Below are positions 48,744-59,800 of a stretch of DNA of 64,000 nt, one piece after another. Each line of letters opens with the position of its first letter. Positions within the stretch are counted from its first letter, which is position 1. A model generated the notes under the pieces. The model saw only the letters and a program-made list of their open reading frames with translations, was not told where the DNA came from and made no database searches. This DNA comes from an uncultured Candidatus Saccharibacteria bacterium (lineage in GTDB: Bacteria; Patescibacteriota; Minisyncoccia; SW-4-49-11). Both the position numbers and the translations under genes were made by a program. Where the stretch lies: positions 64,628 through 128,627 of the forward strand of contig CAZWIJ010000002.1 of NCBI GenBank assembly GCA_964633865.1. Reading direction: 5' to 3'.

Positions 48744-49085
48744 TCAATTCAATTTATGAAATACTTCCAATTCTTTAGAAGTATTTAACATACCATCTAC
48801 CAAATCATAGATATCCTCATCATAGAAGACATCTATAAAATCTTTATCTCCATAATAATCTGTTAAGAGCTTACAGGTGTAAGCTCTGTTTTTTGAGAGG
48901 AAAAAAACTTTTTCCTCTCTATCATATTTTCTAAAAACAAGCCTCCCTTCAAATAGAGGTCCGTCTTGTCTTATATGAAATTCCCAATTATGATTGAGAA
49001 TTCTAATACATTTAAATCCCAAAAATAATTTTTCCAAAGGAAAACTATAAAAATTTTCCAAATTTTCAAATATTCTTTTTTTCAT
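48744..49085 (-). CDS. Hypothetical protein
   Basis: TTGACA-17-TATAAT promoter and terminator flank the ORF. Confidence 0.6.
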   Translation of the reverse strand: MKKRIFENLENFYSFPLEKLFLGFKCIRILNHNWEFHIRQDGPLFEGRLVFRKYDREEKVFFLSKNRAYTCKLLTDYYGDKDFIDVFYDEDIYDLVDGMLNTSKELEVFHKLN

Positions 49086-49267
49086 AATGAACTATTGCAA
49101 AACAACCCTAGAATTATAACATAAATAACTAAAAATGTCAATCCATATTAACTAATATTATAAATTTTTATATAAATTAAATTAGATGTAAATATTTATT
49201 GATTATTATATAAAAAAGTTCTATACTTAATAAGTACTCTAAATATTAATTATATTAAATTTAAAAT

Positions 49268-50149
49268 ATAGTAAAAATAGATGATAAAGAAAAAAGTAAA
49301 TTATTTAAATGGAACTTAATAATGGGATTTTTGCACTTGGTGCAAGGACTATTTATGGCTCTAATTTCTAAAGAAAATCTCACTCAAATAAAAATTTGGC
49401 TTCCTGATGTAAATCCTGTAGGAAGAACTTTTGATCTAGTGCCAGAAAATTGGTATCAAATTAATCTTGGATATACAATATCTCTGTTTTTATTTGCATC
49501 AGCAATAGCTCATTTTATTACAATTGCACCCAAAATATTTGATTGGTATTTAGATAATTTAGCACTTAAAGTAAATTTGATCAGATGGTTTGAATATGCT
49601 ATTTCTAGCTCAATTATGGTCTATGTAATTGCTATTTTATGTGGAATTAATGATGGAATTTTATTATTTGCTCTTGTATCACTTAATGCTTGTATGAATT
49701 TATTTGGAGCTATTATGGAAATGCATAATTCCAGTTTGAGACAAATTTCTTTGATGAAGCAACTCAAAGTATATTCTACAGAGAAAATAAATGTTGATTT
49801 AGACGAAGATAAGGAGTTTAAACCAAATTGGGCTAGTTTTATTTATGGGTGTTTTGCTGGAGCTATTCCTTGGGTTATAATGGCTATTTATTTCTTCGTG
49901 TCACTAGACAGATTAGGAGATTTAGCAGAACTACCACAAAGAGTCAAAGATGTTCTCAATACTGTTAGATGGATATTCCCTATTTTATTTATATTCTTTA
50001 ACTTATTTGCTATTAACATGTATTTACAATATGAAAAAATTGGAAAATGGAAATCTTATCTGTTTGGAGAAAAAGCTTATATTATTCTAAGTTTAACTGC
50101 AAAATCTTTCCTCGCTTGGTTTATTTGGGGAGGAATTTTAAGAGGATAA
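49268..50149 (+). CDS. Heliorhodopsin (ORF track start 49322; the reading frame extends to ~49268)
   Basis: NLIMGFLHLVQG, AHF, RWFEYAISSS.M, EKAYIILSLTAK with retinal-binding Lys. Confidence 0.9.
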   Translation: MVKIDDKEKSKLFKWNLIMGFLHLVQGLFMALISKENLTQIKIWLPDVNPVGRTFDLVPENWYQINLGYTISLFLFASAIAHFITIAPKIFDWYLDNLALKVNLIRWFEYAISSSIMVYVIAILCGINDGILLFALVSLNACMNLFGAIMEMHNSSLRQISLMKQLKVYSTEKINVDLDEDKEFKPNWASFIYGCFAGAIPWVIMAIYFFVSLDRLGDLAELPQRVKDVLNTVRWIFPILFIFFNLFAINMYLQYEKIGKWKSYLFGEKAYIILSLTAKSFLAWFIWGGILRG

Positions 50150-50329
50150 ATTTTATATCAAAAAAAGAGTACAAAATAATTTGTGCTCTTTTTTTATTAA
50201 ACAAGTTATATTCTATTGACAAAATATTTTTGATATAGTATAGTTTCTCTAGATTATACCAATAAGTTTTCATACATAAAACATATTATTGTACTATAAT
50301 CTACTGTTCTTTTACAACAAATAAAATTT

Positions 50330-50962
50330 ATGAAATTTCTAAGAAATCTTCTAATTGTTTTTCTAATCGCTTTTTTTATAATTATGTTGATATTTTATTT
50401 AGGAATACTTTTAATTCCTATTGCATTTATTTTAAAATCAGAAAAAATAAAAACAAATTCTGATCATGATATAACTTTAGATGAAGATGTGATTAATGCC
50501 ATAAATAATTATGATCTTAATATGGATGAAAAAATCCAAGTTCAGATTGAAAAAGATAAAATCTTTACAACTTCTGGGCATATAACGAACAGTTGTTCTC
50601 TATCTTTCCAAGATAAAGTTATTAATTATCTAGAGAATTTAAGGATTGAAGAGTGTCAATCATGTCTTTCAAAAATTATAAAGTTGAAAGAGGATGGTTT
50701 TGACCCTATTATAATTGGAGATGATTTTGATATCATCGCCCTTGATGGATTAATTCTATTTCAAGTTCCTGAAAATTTTGAGAAAGATAAAGACTGTAGA
50801 GTCAAAATGATCAAAAATGTTTTGATCTTTGAAATGCATATTTCAAGAAAAATTAGTATGGAAGAAAAGCAATTTTTTGCTCCTTTAGTAAAAAAAATTG
50901 CTGAGAAATTAGCCTCACAAAAAAATTTAGTTAAACACTATGATCCTATCTTATGTGTTTAA
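50330..50962 (+). CDS. Hypothetical protein with N-terminal TM
   Basis: TTGACA(50216)-17-TATAGT, leader hairpin, boxA-like TGTTCTTTTACAA 50305-50317. Confidence 0.65.
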   Translation: MKFLRNLLIVFLIAFFIIMLIFYLGILLIPIAFILKSEKIKTNSDHDITLDEDVINAINNYDLNMDEKIQVQIEKDKIFTTSGHITNSCSLSFQDKVINYLENLRIEECQSCLSKIIKLKEDGFDPIIIGDDFDIIALDGLILFQVPENFEKDKDCRVKMIKNVLIFEMHISRKISMEEKQFFAPLVKKIAEKLASQKNLVKHYDPILCV

Positions 50963-51135
50963 TATAAATTAATATTTTAATTACATCTTAATCAAAATTA
51001 AACACAATCTTTACAAATTGTGTTTTTTATTTTTACAATAAAAATGCAAATATAGTTTGACAAAAATATCTATTTATGATAACTTTACTTAGGTAATTAA
51101 TATAAATTACAGCACTTTAATAAAAGGAGAATTTT

Positions 51136-52401
51136 ATGTTTCTAGATCATTATGCTAATTTTGAGATATCTAATTTACCCAATGGGTTAAAAGTCTATAA
51201 TTATAAATGGCCTTACAATGTAGGGTATCACCGTATCGGATTAATTATCCATACTGGAAGTGATAAAGATCCTGTGGGACTTGAAGGATTAGCTCATTAT
51301 GTGGAACATATGGTTGCAAATTCTTGCAAAACAAATGAAATGGAAGATTTCTTCTCTGATAAAGGCGGATTTATTACTTTTGGCAATACAAGTTTTAAAG
51401 GAATTTCTTATAGATTTAAGACAAGTAATGATAGAGATTCAATTAAAGAGAGTCTGGAAAAATTATCTGAAATTATTTTTAATGCCAATCTAACCGAGCA
51501 AGGTTTAGAGAAGCAAAGAAATATTATTCGATGTGAATTTTTAAAATCATATCCTAATAATTTCTCTTATGAAAGAATTCTAAGAGAGCATAGCTCTGTT
51601 TATCCAAACACTTTTTTAGAAAGACTGCCTTCACTTTTAGGAAATTTAGAAACTATTACTAATATTTCTCTTAAAGATATTAAGACTTTCTATGATATTC
51701 ATTATGTCCCAGCCAATATGAGTATTGTCTCCGTTGGGAATCTTTCAATTGAAGAAATAACAAATATGCTTTCTTCTACTGAATTTGGCAGAAATTATAA
51801 TATTGGAAAATTAAATCCTAAACCAGATTTAAACCCTTCTATTATCAATCCAAAAGAGCATTTTTATGAATATGAACTTCATAAAGTACTAAAAATGGAA
51901 AAACAATATGATGATTTTTTCTCATATTCTGGAGTAACTTCTCTACCAAACACGGTTAGTTCAAAAGCAATTTATATTTATATGAATATGCTTATAACAA
52001 AACTTAATGATGTGTTCAGGGAAGACTTGGAAGCGACATATCACATTGATTGTTGTATGTATAATTTTAGACATTTTTATAATTTCCAAATTTATTCCTC
52101 TAATTTAAATTTGAGAATTCTACCTGATATCAATACTTTAATTCAAGATTGTGTAAAAGGATGTCTTTCCAAAGACAATTTTGAGAAAGAAAGAAGACAT
52201 TCATTAATGTATCTTCAATCTTTAGATGAAAAAGGTTCTGACATTTTAGACAACTCAATGGGAGATTTAGAAGATTATCATCAAATTATTACCATTCAAG
52301 ATTCACTAGATAAATATTCTAATCTAGAATTCCAAGATGTTGAGCATATAGCTTCCCTATTAAGTTCTGACAGATTATGGACTTGTATCACAAAACCATA
52401 A
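51136..52401 (+). CDS. M16-family zinc peptidase
   Basis: LPNGL, GLAHYVEHM (HxxEH), Y.P.NM. Confidence 0.88.
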   Translation: MFLDHYANFEISNLPNGLKVYNYKWPYNVGYHRIGLIIHTGSDKDPVGLEGLAHYVEHMVANSCKTNEMEDFFSDKGGFITFGNTSFKGISYRFKTSNDRDSIKESLEKLSEIIFNANLTEQGLEKQRNIIRCEFLKSYPNNFSYERILREHSSVYPNTFLERLPSLLGNLETITNISLKDIKTFYDIHYVPANMSIVSVGNLSIEEITNMLSSTEFGRNYNIGKLNPKPDLNPSIINPKEHFYEYELHKVLKMEKQYDDFFSYSGVTSLPNTVSSKAIYIYMNMLITKLNDVFREDLEATYHIDCCMYNFRHFYNFQIYSSNLNLRILPDINTLIQDCVKGCLSKDNFEKERRHSLMYLQSLDEKGSDILDNSMGDLEDYHQIITIQDSLDKYSNLEFQDVEHIASLLSSDRLWTCITKP

Positions 52402-52581
52402 TCCCAAAAGTTTAGAAATTTAACTCTAACATAATTTAAATTTATAATACTAGATTAAACAGTCTAGTATTTTTATTTATTAATTATTTACAAAAATATC
52501 AATCACTATTGATAAATGATCAGTTTTGAGTATAATATACTTTGTAAATGTACTTTAACAAAAGGTAAAAAGGTGAATTTT

Positions 52582-53721
52582 ATGACTTCAAATATTACTT
52601 TGGATGAAGGAATTGTTTCTTTATATATTGGTATCAGAGGATTTTATAATAAAAATCGAGAAGATAATTTTTGTCAATTAGAGCTATTATGTTCCAAAAA
52701 TAATTCAGGTTTATCTGACTTAATTAATTTTATTGATCTTAAAAATAGAGCTTTTTATAAGTCAAGTCTTCTATCCTTTTATTTATAAGAAATGTGTAAA
52801 TCAGGAAAGAATGGTTTTTGGAAAACATCTATTCAATTAAAAAATAATCAGAAGTTAAAGATACCTCATACAATCAGGAATTTAGATTCCATTTGTATTT
52901 CAAATCTCATATCACCTGGAATTGATATATCCTCCAAAAACTTCTTTTTAGATGATTTATCTATACCTAAAAGTCATAAAGAACCCATTACTATTAGTAC
53001 AAAATCACAATATGTTGAAATAGATGAGTTGGATGCAAAATTTTGTAATAAATTTTTATTCAACTTTAAAAATACTTATGAGCTGTGTATTAATGCATTT
53101 AATACAGCTAAACATTTATGTTTTAATAATAAGTTTATAATTGGAAACAGTCTTAAATCTTTAAGAATAAAAAATAGAATATTACATCCTGAATATTTAG
53201 TTCTGAATGAAAACTTAGAGAGTCTATATATTCAAGAATTAAAATCTTGTAAAAATTTAAAGTTAAACTCTAACTTAAAGAAACTTGAGATATATTATTT
53301 AAAGACAGCTTATGGTTTAATTTTAAATGATAATTTAGAAAAACTAATTCTTCCAAATATAACTACAGCTTATGGGTTAACTTTAAATGATAATTTAGAA
53401 AGACTAATTCTTCCACATCTAATTTCTGTTAAGAATCTAATTTTAAATGAAAAATTAAAATTCTTAAAGCTAGATAGTCTAGTTAATGCTAAAAATCTCA
53501 AGTTAAATGAAAAATTAGAAATTCTAGAACTAAATGGAATCGAAAATGGAGAGGGACTAGTTTTTAACGATAAATTGAGAATTGTTCAATTTAAGAGCTT
53601 AAAAACTGCTAAAAACTTAATTTTACCTCGAAGCATTGAAAAAGTAATTATACCTAAAGTACCTTACTTATCAGCCTTGAGAAAAAATCATCCAAAAGCC
53701 CAATTTATAATTTTAAAATAA
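52582..53721 (+). pseudogene. Leucine-rich-repeat protein interrupted by in-frame TAA (or two adjacent in-frame ORFs)
   Basis: 52516..52788 and 52792..53721 share a frame (SFYL*EMCK); ~20-aa repeats; 60-nt-period near-duplicate at 53305/53365. Confidence 0.6.
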
Positions 53722-53767
53722 GAATTATGCCCTAACCAAATATTGGTTGGGGCATAATTCTTATTTT
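53715..53767. terminator. Long inverted repeat / terminator
   Basis: AAAATAAGAATTATGCCCTAACCAA-ATA-TTGGTTGGGGCATAATTCTTATTTT. Confidence 0.7.
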
Positions 53768-53868
53768 GAAAACACTGTAATTTCAATAGACACACCAAAA
53801 ACTTGCAAAACTTCAATTTTTTGTGTATTATAATGTAATATTAAATATTTTTAATCTTATTTACCCAA

Positions 53869-55674
53869 ATGAATTCACATATCCGAAATATTGCCATTAT
53901 TGCCCATGTTGACCACGGGAAAACAACTCTAATGGATGCTATCCTAAAACAAACTCAAATATTCAGAGAAAATCAAGATATGGCTGAAAGGGTAATGGAT
54001 TCTATGGATTTAGAAAGAGAAAAAGGAATTACAATCAAAGCTAAAAATGCTACTGTTCAGTACAAAGATATTACAATCAATTTGATTGACACTCCTGGTC
54101 ATGCTGATTTTGGTGGTGAAGTAGAAAGAGTTTTGAGGATGGCTGATGGGGCTTTACTTCTTATTGATTCCAAAGAAGGTCCTATGCCTCAAACAAAATT
54201 TGTGCTAAAAAAAGCACTTCAGCAAGGTATGAGAGTTGTGGTGGTTGTAAATAAAATTGACAGACCTGATGCTAATCCAGAATTTGTTATAGATAAAACC
54301 TTTGATCTATTTGGAGACTTGAATGCAAATGATACTCAATTAGATTTCCCTATTGTTTATACATCAGCAATGAATGGAACTTCTTCACTAAACTCTGAAA
54401 AACAAAATCCTGATTTGACTGATTTATTTGAGGTTATTGTAAATGAGATTCCTGCTCCTACATCTCCTATTGAATCTAGTTTTAGAATGTTAACCCTAAA
54501 TTTACAGTTTGATAAATACAAGGGAACCATGGCTGTAGGTAAAGTTGATGCTGGTATTGTCAAAAAAGGAATGTCTGTTGTTAGAATTGATAGAGAAGGA
54601 AATCAAACTAAGAATAATGTGACTGCCCTACTTAAATACTCAGGAATGAATACAGTAGAAGTTGATGAAGTTTTAGCTGGTGATATTGCAGTTGTGGCTG
54701 GAATTTCTGGAATTGAAATTGGAGATACTGTAGCAGATAGCCAAAACCCTATCCAAATTACACCTGTTGAAATCGAATTACCTACTTTACAAATGATTTT
54801 TGCTATTAATGATAGTCCTTTTTCTGGAAAAGAAGGTAAATACTCTACTTCAAGAATGATTAGAGAAAGATTATATAAAGAACAAGAAACAAATATTGCT
54901 CTTAAAGTTGAAGATACAGATAGTCCAGAGAAATTCTTAGTGTCAGGAAGAGGTGAACTTCATTTATCTGTTTTGATTGAGACTATGAGAAGAGAAGGAT
55001 TTGAATTTTCTGTTGGGAGACCACAAGTTATTTATAGAGATAATAATGGTGTTACTGAAGAACCATATGAGTTACTTAGTATCGAAGTGCCCGAAGATTA
55101 TAGCGGAAAAATAATTGAAGCCATCAACAAAAGACAAGGTGAACTTCTAAATATGGAATTAACTGAAGCTAATGAATCTAAATTAGAATATAAGATTGCA
55201 ACTCAGAATCTGATTGGACTTAGAAGTATACTACTTACCTTATCCAAAGGAACTGTAATTATGAATAGTTTATTCCTAGAATATGGTCCAAAAACAACCA
55301 ATTACAAAGGAAGAAATACAGGCTCTATTGTTTCTTTAGAAAGTGGAAAAATCACTAACTATGCTCTAGATGGAGCATCTGACAGAGGAACATTCTTTGT
55401 GAAAGATGGAACTGAAGTTTATCCTGGAATGGTGCTTGGAGAAGCTAATCAAGAGTTTGATATAGAAATAAACCCCATTAAAGCTAAAAAATTAACCAAT
55501 ATGAGAGCTTCTGGATCAGATGATGGTGTTTATATAGCTCCTCCAAGAAATCTATCTCTTGAGGCTTCAATTGAGTATTTAGCTGATGATGAATTATTAG
55601 AAGTAACACCTCTATCACTCAGAATCAGAAAGAGAATTCTTGATACAAATGAGAGAAAGAAAGCTAAGAGATAA
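53869..55674 (+). CDS. typA: Translational GTPase TypA/BipA
   Basis: AHVDHGKTT, DTPGHADFGGEVER, NKID, GRGELHL, KKLTNMRASG. Confidence 0.97.
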   Translation: MNSHIRNIAIIAHVDHGKTTLMDAILKQTQIFRENQDMAERVMDSMDLEREKGITIKAKNATVQYKDITINLIDTPGHADFGGEVERVLRMADGALLLIDSKEGPMPQTKFVLKKALQQGMRVVVVVNKIDRPDANPEFVIDKTFDLFGDLNANDTQLDFPIVYTSAMNGTSSLNSEKQNPDLTDLFEVIVNEIPAPTSPIESSFRMLTLNLQFDKYKGTMAVGKVDAGIVKKGMSVVRIDREGNQTKNNVTALLKYSGMNTVEVDEVLAGDIAVVAGISGIEIGDTVADSQNPIQITPVEIELPTLQMIFAINDSPFSGKEGKYSTSRMIRERLYKEQETNIALKVEDTDSPEKFLVSGRGELHLSVLIETMRREGFEFSVGRPQVIYRDNNGVTEEPYELLSIEVPEDYSGKIIEAINKRQGELLNMELTEANESKLEYKIATQNLIGLRSILLTLSKGTVIMNSLFLEYGPKTTNYKGRNTGSIVSLESGKITNYALDGASDRGTFFVKDGTEVYPGMVLGEANQEFDIEINPIKAKKLTNMRASGSDDGVYIAPPRNLSLEASIEYLADDELLEVTPLSLRIRKRILDTNERKKAKR

Positions 55675-55753
55675 TCTTAGTCTTTTTTTTATAGAATTAA
55701 TATGTTAAGCTTATAAATAAGATTTTATTATTAAAATAAGCTTTATTTATATC

Positions 55754-56800
55754 ATGAAAAATTCTAAATTAGATCTGAATGAATGGTCAAAAAGATTAAC
55801 AAAACAGTTAGGTTATAATATAAACATAGTACAAATAAATGATTATCTAGATGGGTATCAATCAAAAAGTTATATTTTGACTGATAGCTCCAATAAAAAG
55901 TTCTTTGCAAAACAAATCAAACATAATGTGAGAGGATTTGAATATCCTGCCAAAGAAATCTCTTCTCTGATGACTAGTGGATTTATGCAAGATAATACCA
56001 AGTTATCTCCTCGCAATTTAGGTTTATTCATAAGTAAAAATTCTGAATTAGTGGGACTACCTACAATTACAACACAAGATGAGATTTATCAACTACAAGA
56101 ATTTGCGGGAGAAGGTAAATCTTATTTTGATATTTTCTTATCTAATTTAAATAAAAAATCCATTGATGATCCCGATACTGAACATTTAGATAAAATAGTT
56201 AATATCATCTCTAATATTCATCAAGTAAAACCTGACCCAAATTTAGATTATTCACTTTTATATAAAGATGGGCTTAGGAGTCTTCTTACCAACTCTGAGA
56301 TCACAACTTCTCTTTTGAGTGACTTTGATTCTGATCATCCTATCTTGAACATGGATAGTCAAAAAGAATATTTGGGTGATTTCTGGGAATTAATAAGACA
56401 TTTCGATAATAATTCTAACAGAGTTTGTGCTCTACACGGGGATTTCTGGGGAGGAAATTTATTTTTTGGAGAGAATAATAATCCTTGGATAATTGATTTC
56501 TCTAGAATACCTTGGGGTGATGCTGGAATAGATATTGGTTGGTGGTTTGGTCAATATCTTTGGTTTTACTATGAAACGAAAAACCCTTATATCAAAAAAT
56601 TAGGTAATCTATTCTTAAAAAAATATATATTGAAAAGTAAAGATAAAAAAATAAAAGAAACTATGAGTTTAGGACTCGCCGTCGCTGGTATAATTTATAT
56701 TTCACCTAAAATTCATCCTAATCTAGATCTTAAAGTCGCAAATCTATTTTGGAATCACATCAGAAAGACCATCAAAAATAAGAAATTTGACTGGGAATAG
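55754..56800 (+). CDS. APH/choline-kinase-like phosphotransferase
   Basis: LHGDFWGGN, IIDF, D...D.G. Confidence 0.75.
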   Translation: MKNSKLDLNEWSKRLTKQLGYNINIVQINDYLDGYQSKSYILTDSSNKKFFAKQIKHNVRGFEYPAKEISSLMTSGFMQDNTKLSPRNLGLFISKNSELVGLPTITTQDEIYQLQEFAGEGKSYFDIFLSNLNKKSIDDPDTEHLDKIVNIISNIHQVKPDPNLDYSLLYKDGLRSLLTNSEITTSLLSDFDSDHPILNMDSQKEYLGDFWELIRHFDNNSNRVCALHGDFWGGNLFFGENNNPWIIDFSRIPWGDAGIDIGWWFGQYLWFYYETKNPYIKKLGNLFLKKYILKSKDKKIKETMSLGLAVAGIIYISPKIHPNLDLKVANLFWNHIRKTIKNKKFDWE

Positions 56801-56813
56801 AGGATATTACTAA

Positions 56814-59800
56814 TTACTTACTCCAAACAATATCCATATTATCTAATTTATAATTACTTGGATAATGAGAAAAGTTTTTCTCATTACTAAATGAATAATT
56901 TCCATCTTCATTATTAACTTCTTTATATTTATTTATAGCTTTATCCATAGATTTTTCAAAAATAGTATCTGTTCTATTTGTCCTTATATGTTTATTCTTT
57001 GAAATTGCTATCTTATCAAAATCATTATCTTTAGCAAAATCTATTAAAGTGTTATTTAATTCATTAAATAGTGATTCTTGATCTACAGAATACAAATATG
57101 TACTTGATGGATTATACGATGCTGACAAAATTTTCTGTCCATCTTCATCCTTAAAATGATGTAATAATACTAATCCCACACATCTTTTATTTTCTGGATT
57201 TTGTAGCACTAACTGAAAGTAATTTGGCATATCCCATATATTCTTTTCTCCTTTATCTGGATTACAGCCTGAAACACATACTCCTCCGACCATTCTTGCA
57301 TATGAACTCAAGTCATCTTTATTTATATATCCATTTAATTTCTTTGGTTTTTTCTCTATTTTTTTACCATCTGGATCATAATCTACCATTATAAATTTAT
57401 TGACTTCTGTTTCTATTATCTCATTCTCTTCTTTATACAAATTTGTGACACTTTGTTCTATTAATCTATTAAATAGTTCTTCATCATAAATTCCATCTGA
57501 TGCTGAAATCTTTAGAGCTATTACTTCTTTTAGATTTATATCTCCTAAATGTGTTGTCATCAAATCTTGTTCTTCTCCTGTTAATTGTCTAAATGCTTCT
57601 ACTGTTTTATTTCTCTGTCCCTTTAATCTTCCATAAAATGTCTTGGTATTAGAATCACTAGAGTTTGAGACTTTCTCCTCTAAAAATCCTGTCAGACTCT
57701 CATATCTACTTATAATTTCTCTTACTCTATCTTCTGAATACTTTTCTTCTATTCTTGCTTTTTCTTCTTTTGTACTGTCTTTATTTAACCTTCTTTTAAT
57801 TAAAATATTTCTCATATCTTTTATAAATTTGTCATTTAATCCTAATTTATCTATTTGTAACTTTCCTAATTCTTGTTTTTCTCTAGCTATTCTTTCTCTT
57901 TCTTGATTTTCTTTATATACATTCTCTGTTATCTCTTGAAATATTGGGTTTTGTTTTCCTTTATCTACTATTACATTCTGGGCTTCTTTTATTGTATCTT
58001 TGTAGAATTCTGATAATCCCATTATTTTCTCATAGTCTTTTTCTATTCCTTCTTCCCCATTTTCCTGATATCTTTCTATATTATCCAAATGTGAAAAATT
58101 ATAATACAAAATGCTCTTTTTTATCTCTTCTTCTTTGATTTCTTTATTTAATCTTGAATATAATATTGCTGCATAAATTTTCTCTTCTTGACTGATTAGT
58201 TTTTCTACTTGTATACCTAATTTATTCTCTTCTCCTATTTTTACTATCATTTCTTCTATGATTTTATCCAGACTCTGACTTATTTTTTCTATTCCTCCTT
58301 CATTATATTCTCTCATTATCTCTTCTCTTTCTTTTTCTATTTTTCCCAAATTTTCTTTATCTATTTCTCTTCCTTCTCTTAACTCTAATTTACTTTTGTC
58401 CACTATATTTATTGGGTATTTTTCTTTTATCTTAAATCCTTCTAAATCTTGACTTCTGTCTTGACATGTCTTTACTGATTCATATTTACCATAACTACCT
58501 GCATTATTTGGATATGTATATTCTAATAAATCTTGGAAATATTCTTCATTTCTCTCTTCTTCTTTAACTCCTCCACTTGTCATTCTATCCATTGTATCTG
58601 TAATTTTATCTAAATATTCTGTCTCTTTTTGCTTACTCTTGGCTTCAAGGTATTCTTTTACTATTATTGTATTCAATACTGGAATTCTATTTACTAATTC
58701 CAATATATCTTCATAATTCTCTTCTTTTATGATTCCTTTTTCTTTACACTCTACATATCCCTTGATTAATTCTTTTTCAAGTCCATTATGTTTTTTTACT
58801 AACTTTACTACAAAAGAGTTTTCTTTATTATATTCCTTAAATCCTATTTTCTCGGATAATTTGTAAACTTTCATTCCCTTTTCAGAATATGACTTTATTA
58901 TTATTTCGTTTATTTCTTCAGTATTTTCTTGGAAAAATTCTTCTCTATATCCCACCTCTATGTTATCCCAATAATCTAATTCATCTGTCAAAGAATATAT
59001 ATTTTCTCCTAAAGAAATTTTTATATTATTACTTATTTTCTCTTTATTATTTTGCAAAATTTCTTTATTATAACCAGGTTTTATACTATTCCAATAATCC
59101 AATTCTTCTTCAATATATCTTATATTATACCCCGATAGAAATCTATTTTTCACTCTTTCTTCTATTTTTTCTTTATTTTTTTCAAAAAAATTCTTAGCAT
59201 ATCCTTCCTCTACTCCATCCCAATATTTTAAATCTTGTATCAAATTAGAAGAATTATATTGAGATATCATATTTTCTAACTTACTATTCATTAAATCAAA
59301 ATTATTTCTTAAAAAATTAACTTTGTAACCTTTTTCTATAATTTCCATATTATATAAGATTACATATAATGATTCTAGATTACCTGTACCTTCGTTTAAA
59401 GCATCTTGGATTCTTTGTTCTACAATAAGACTAAAGTCTTCATTGTTAATTATCCCTTCCAAATTTTTAATATCTCTTAAACTTCTTATTTGTGAAATTT
59501 CTATATCCAATTCTTTTTTATACTTATTTTTGAATTCGTCTAAATCTAAAGAACCATTATTAAATAACTCTTTAATTAATCTACGACCATCATGGTCATT
59601 TAAATAGGAAATACTTTCCACAACTTGTAAATAAAATTTCTCTTTAATTTCTTCATTAGGGAATTCTAGTTTTAAATCATTTATTTGAAAATCAATTTTT
59701 AAGTCTACAATGTTTCTGAATAAAGAATTGTCTGTTTTTCCTTTATAAATAATATAATTATTTATTATATTATTTATATCTTCATCAGATAGAGAACTTT

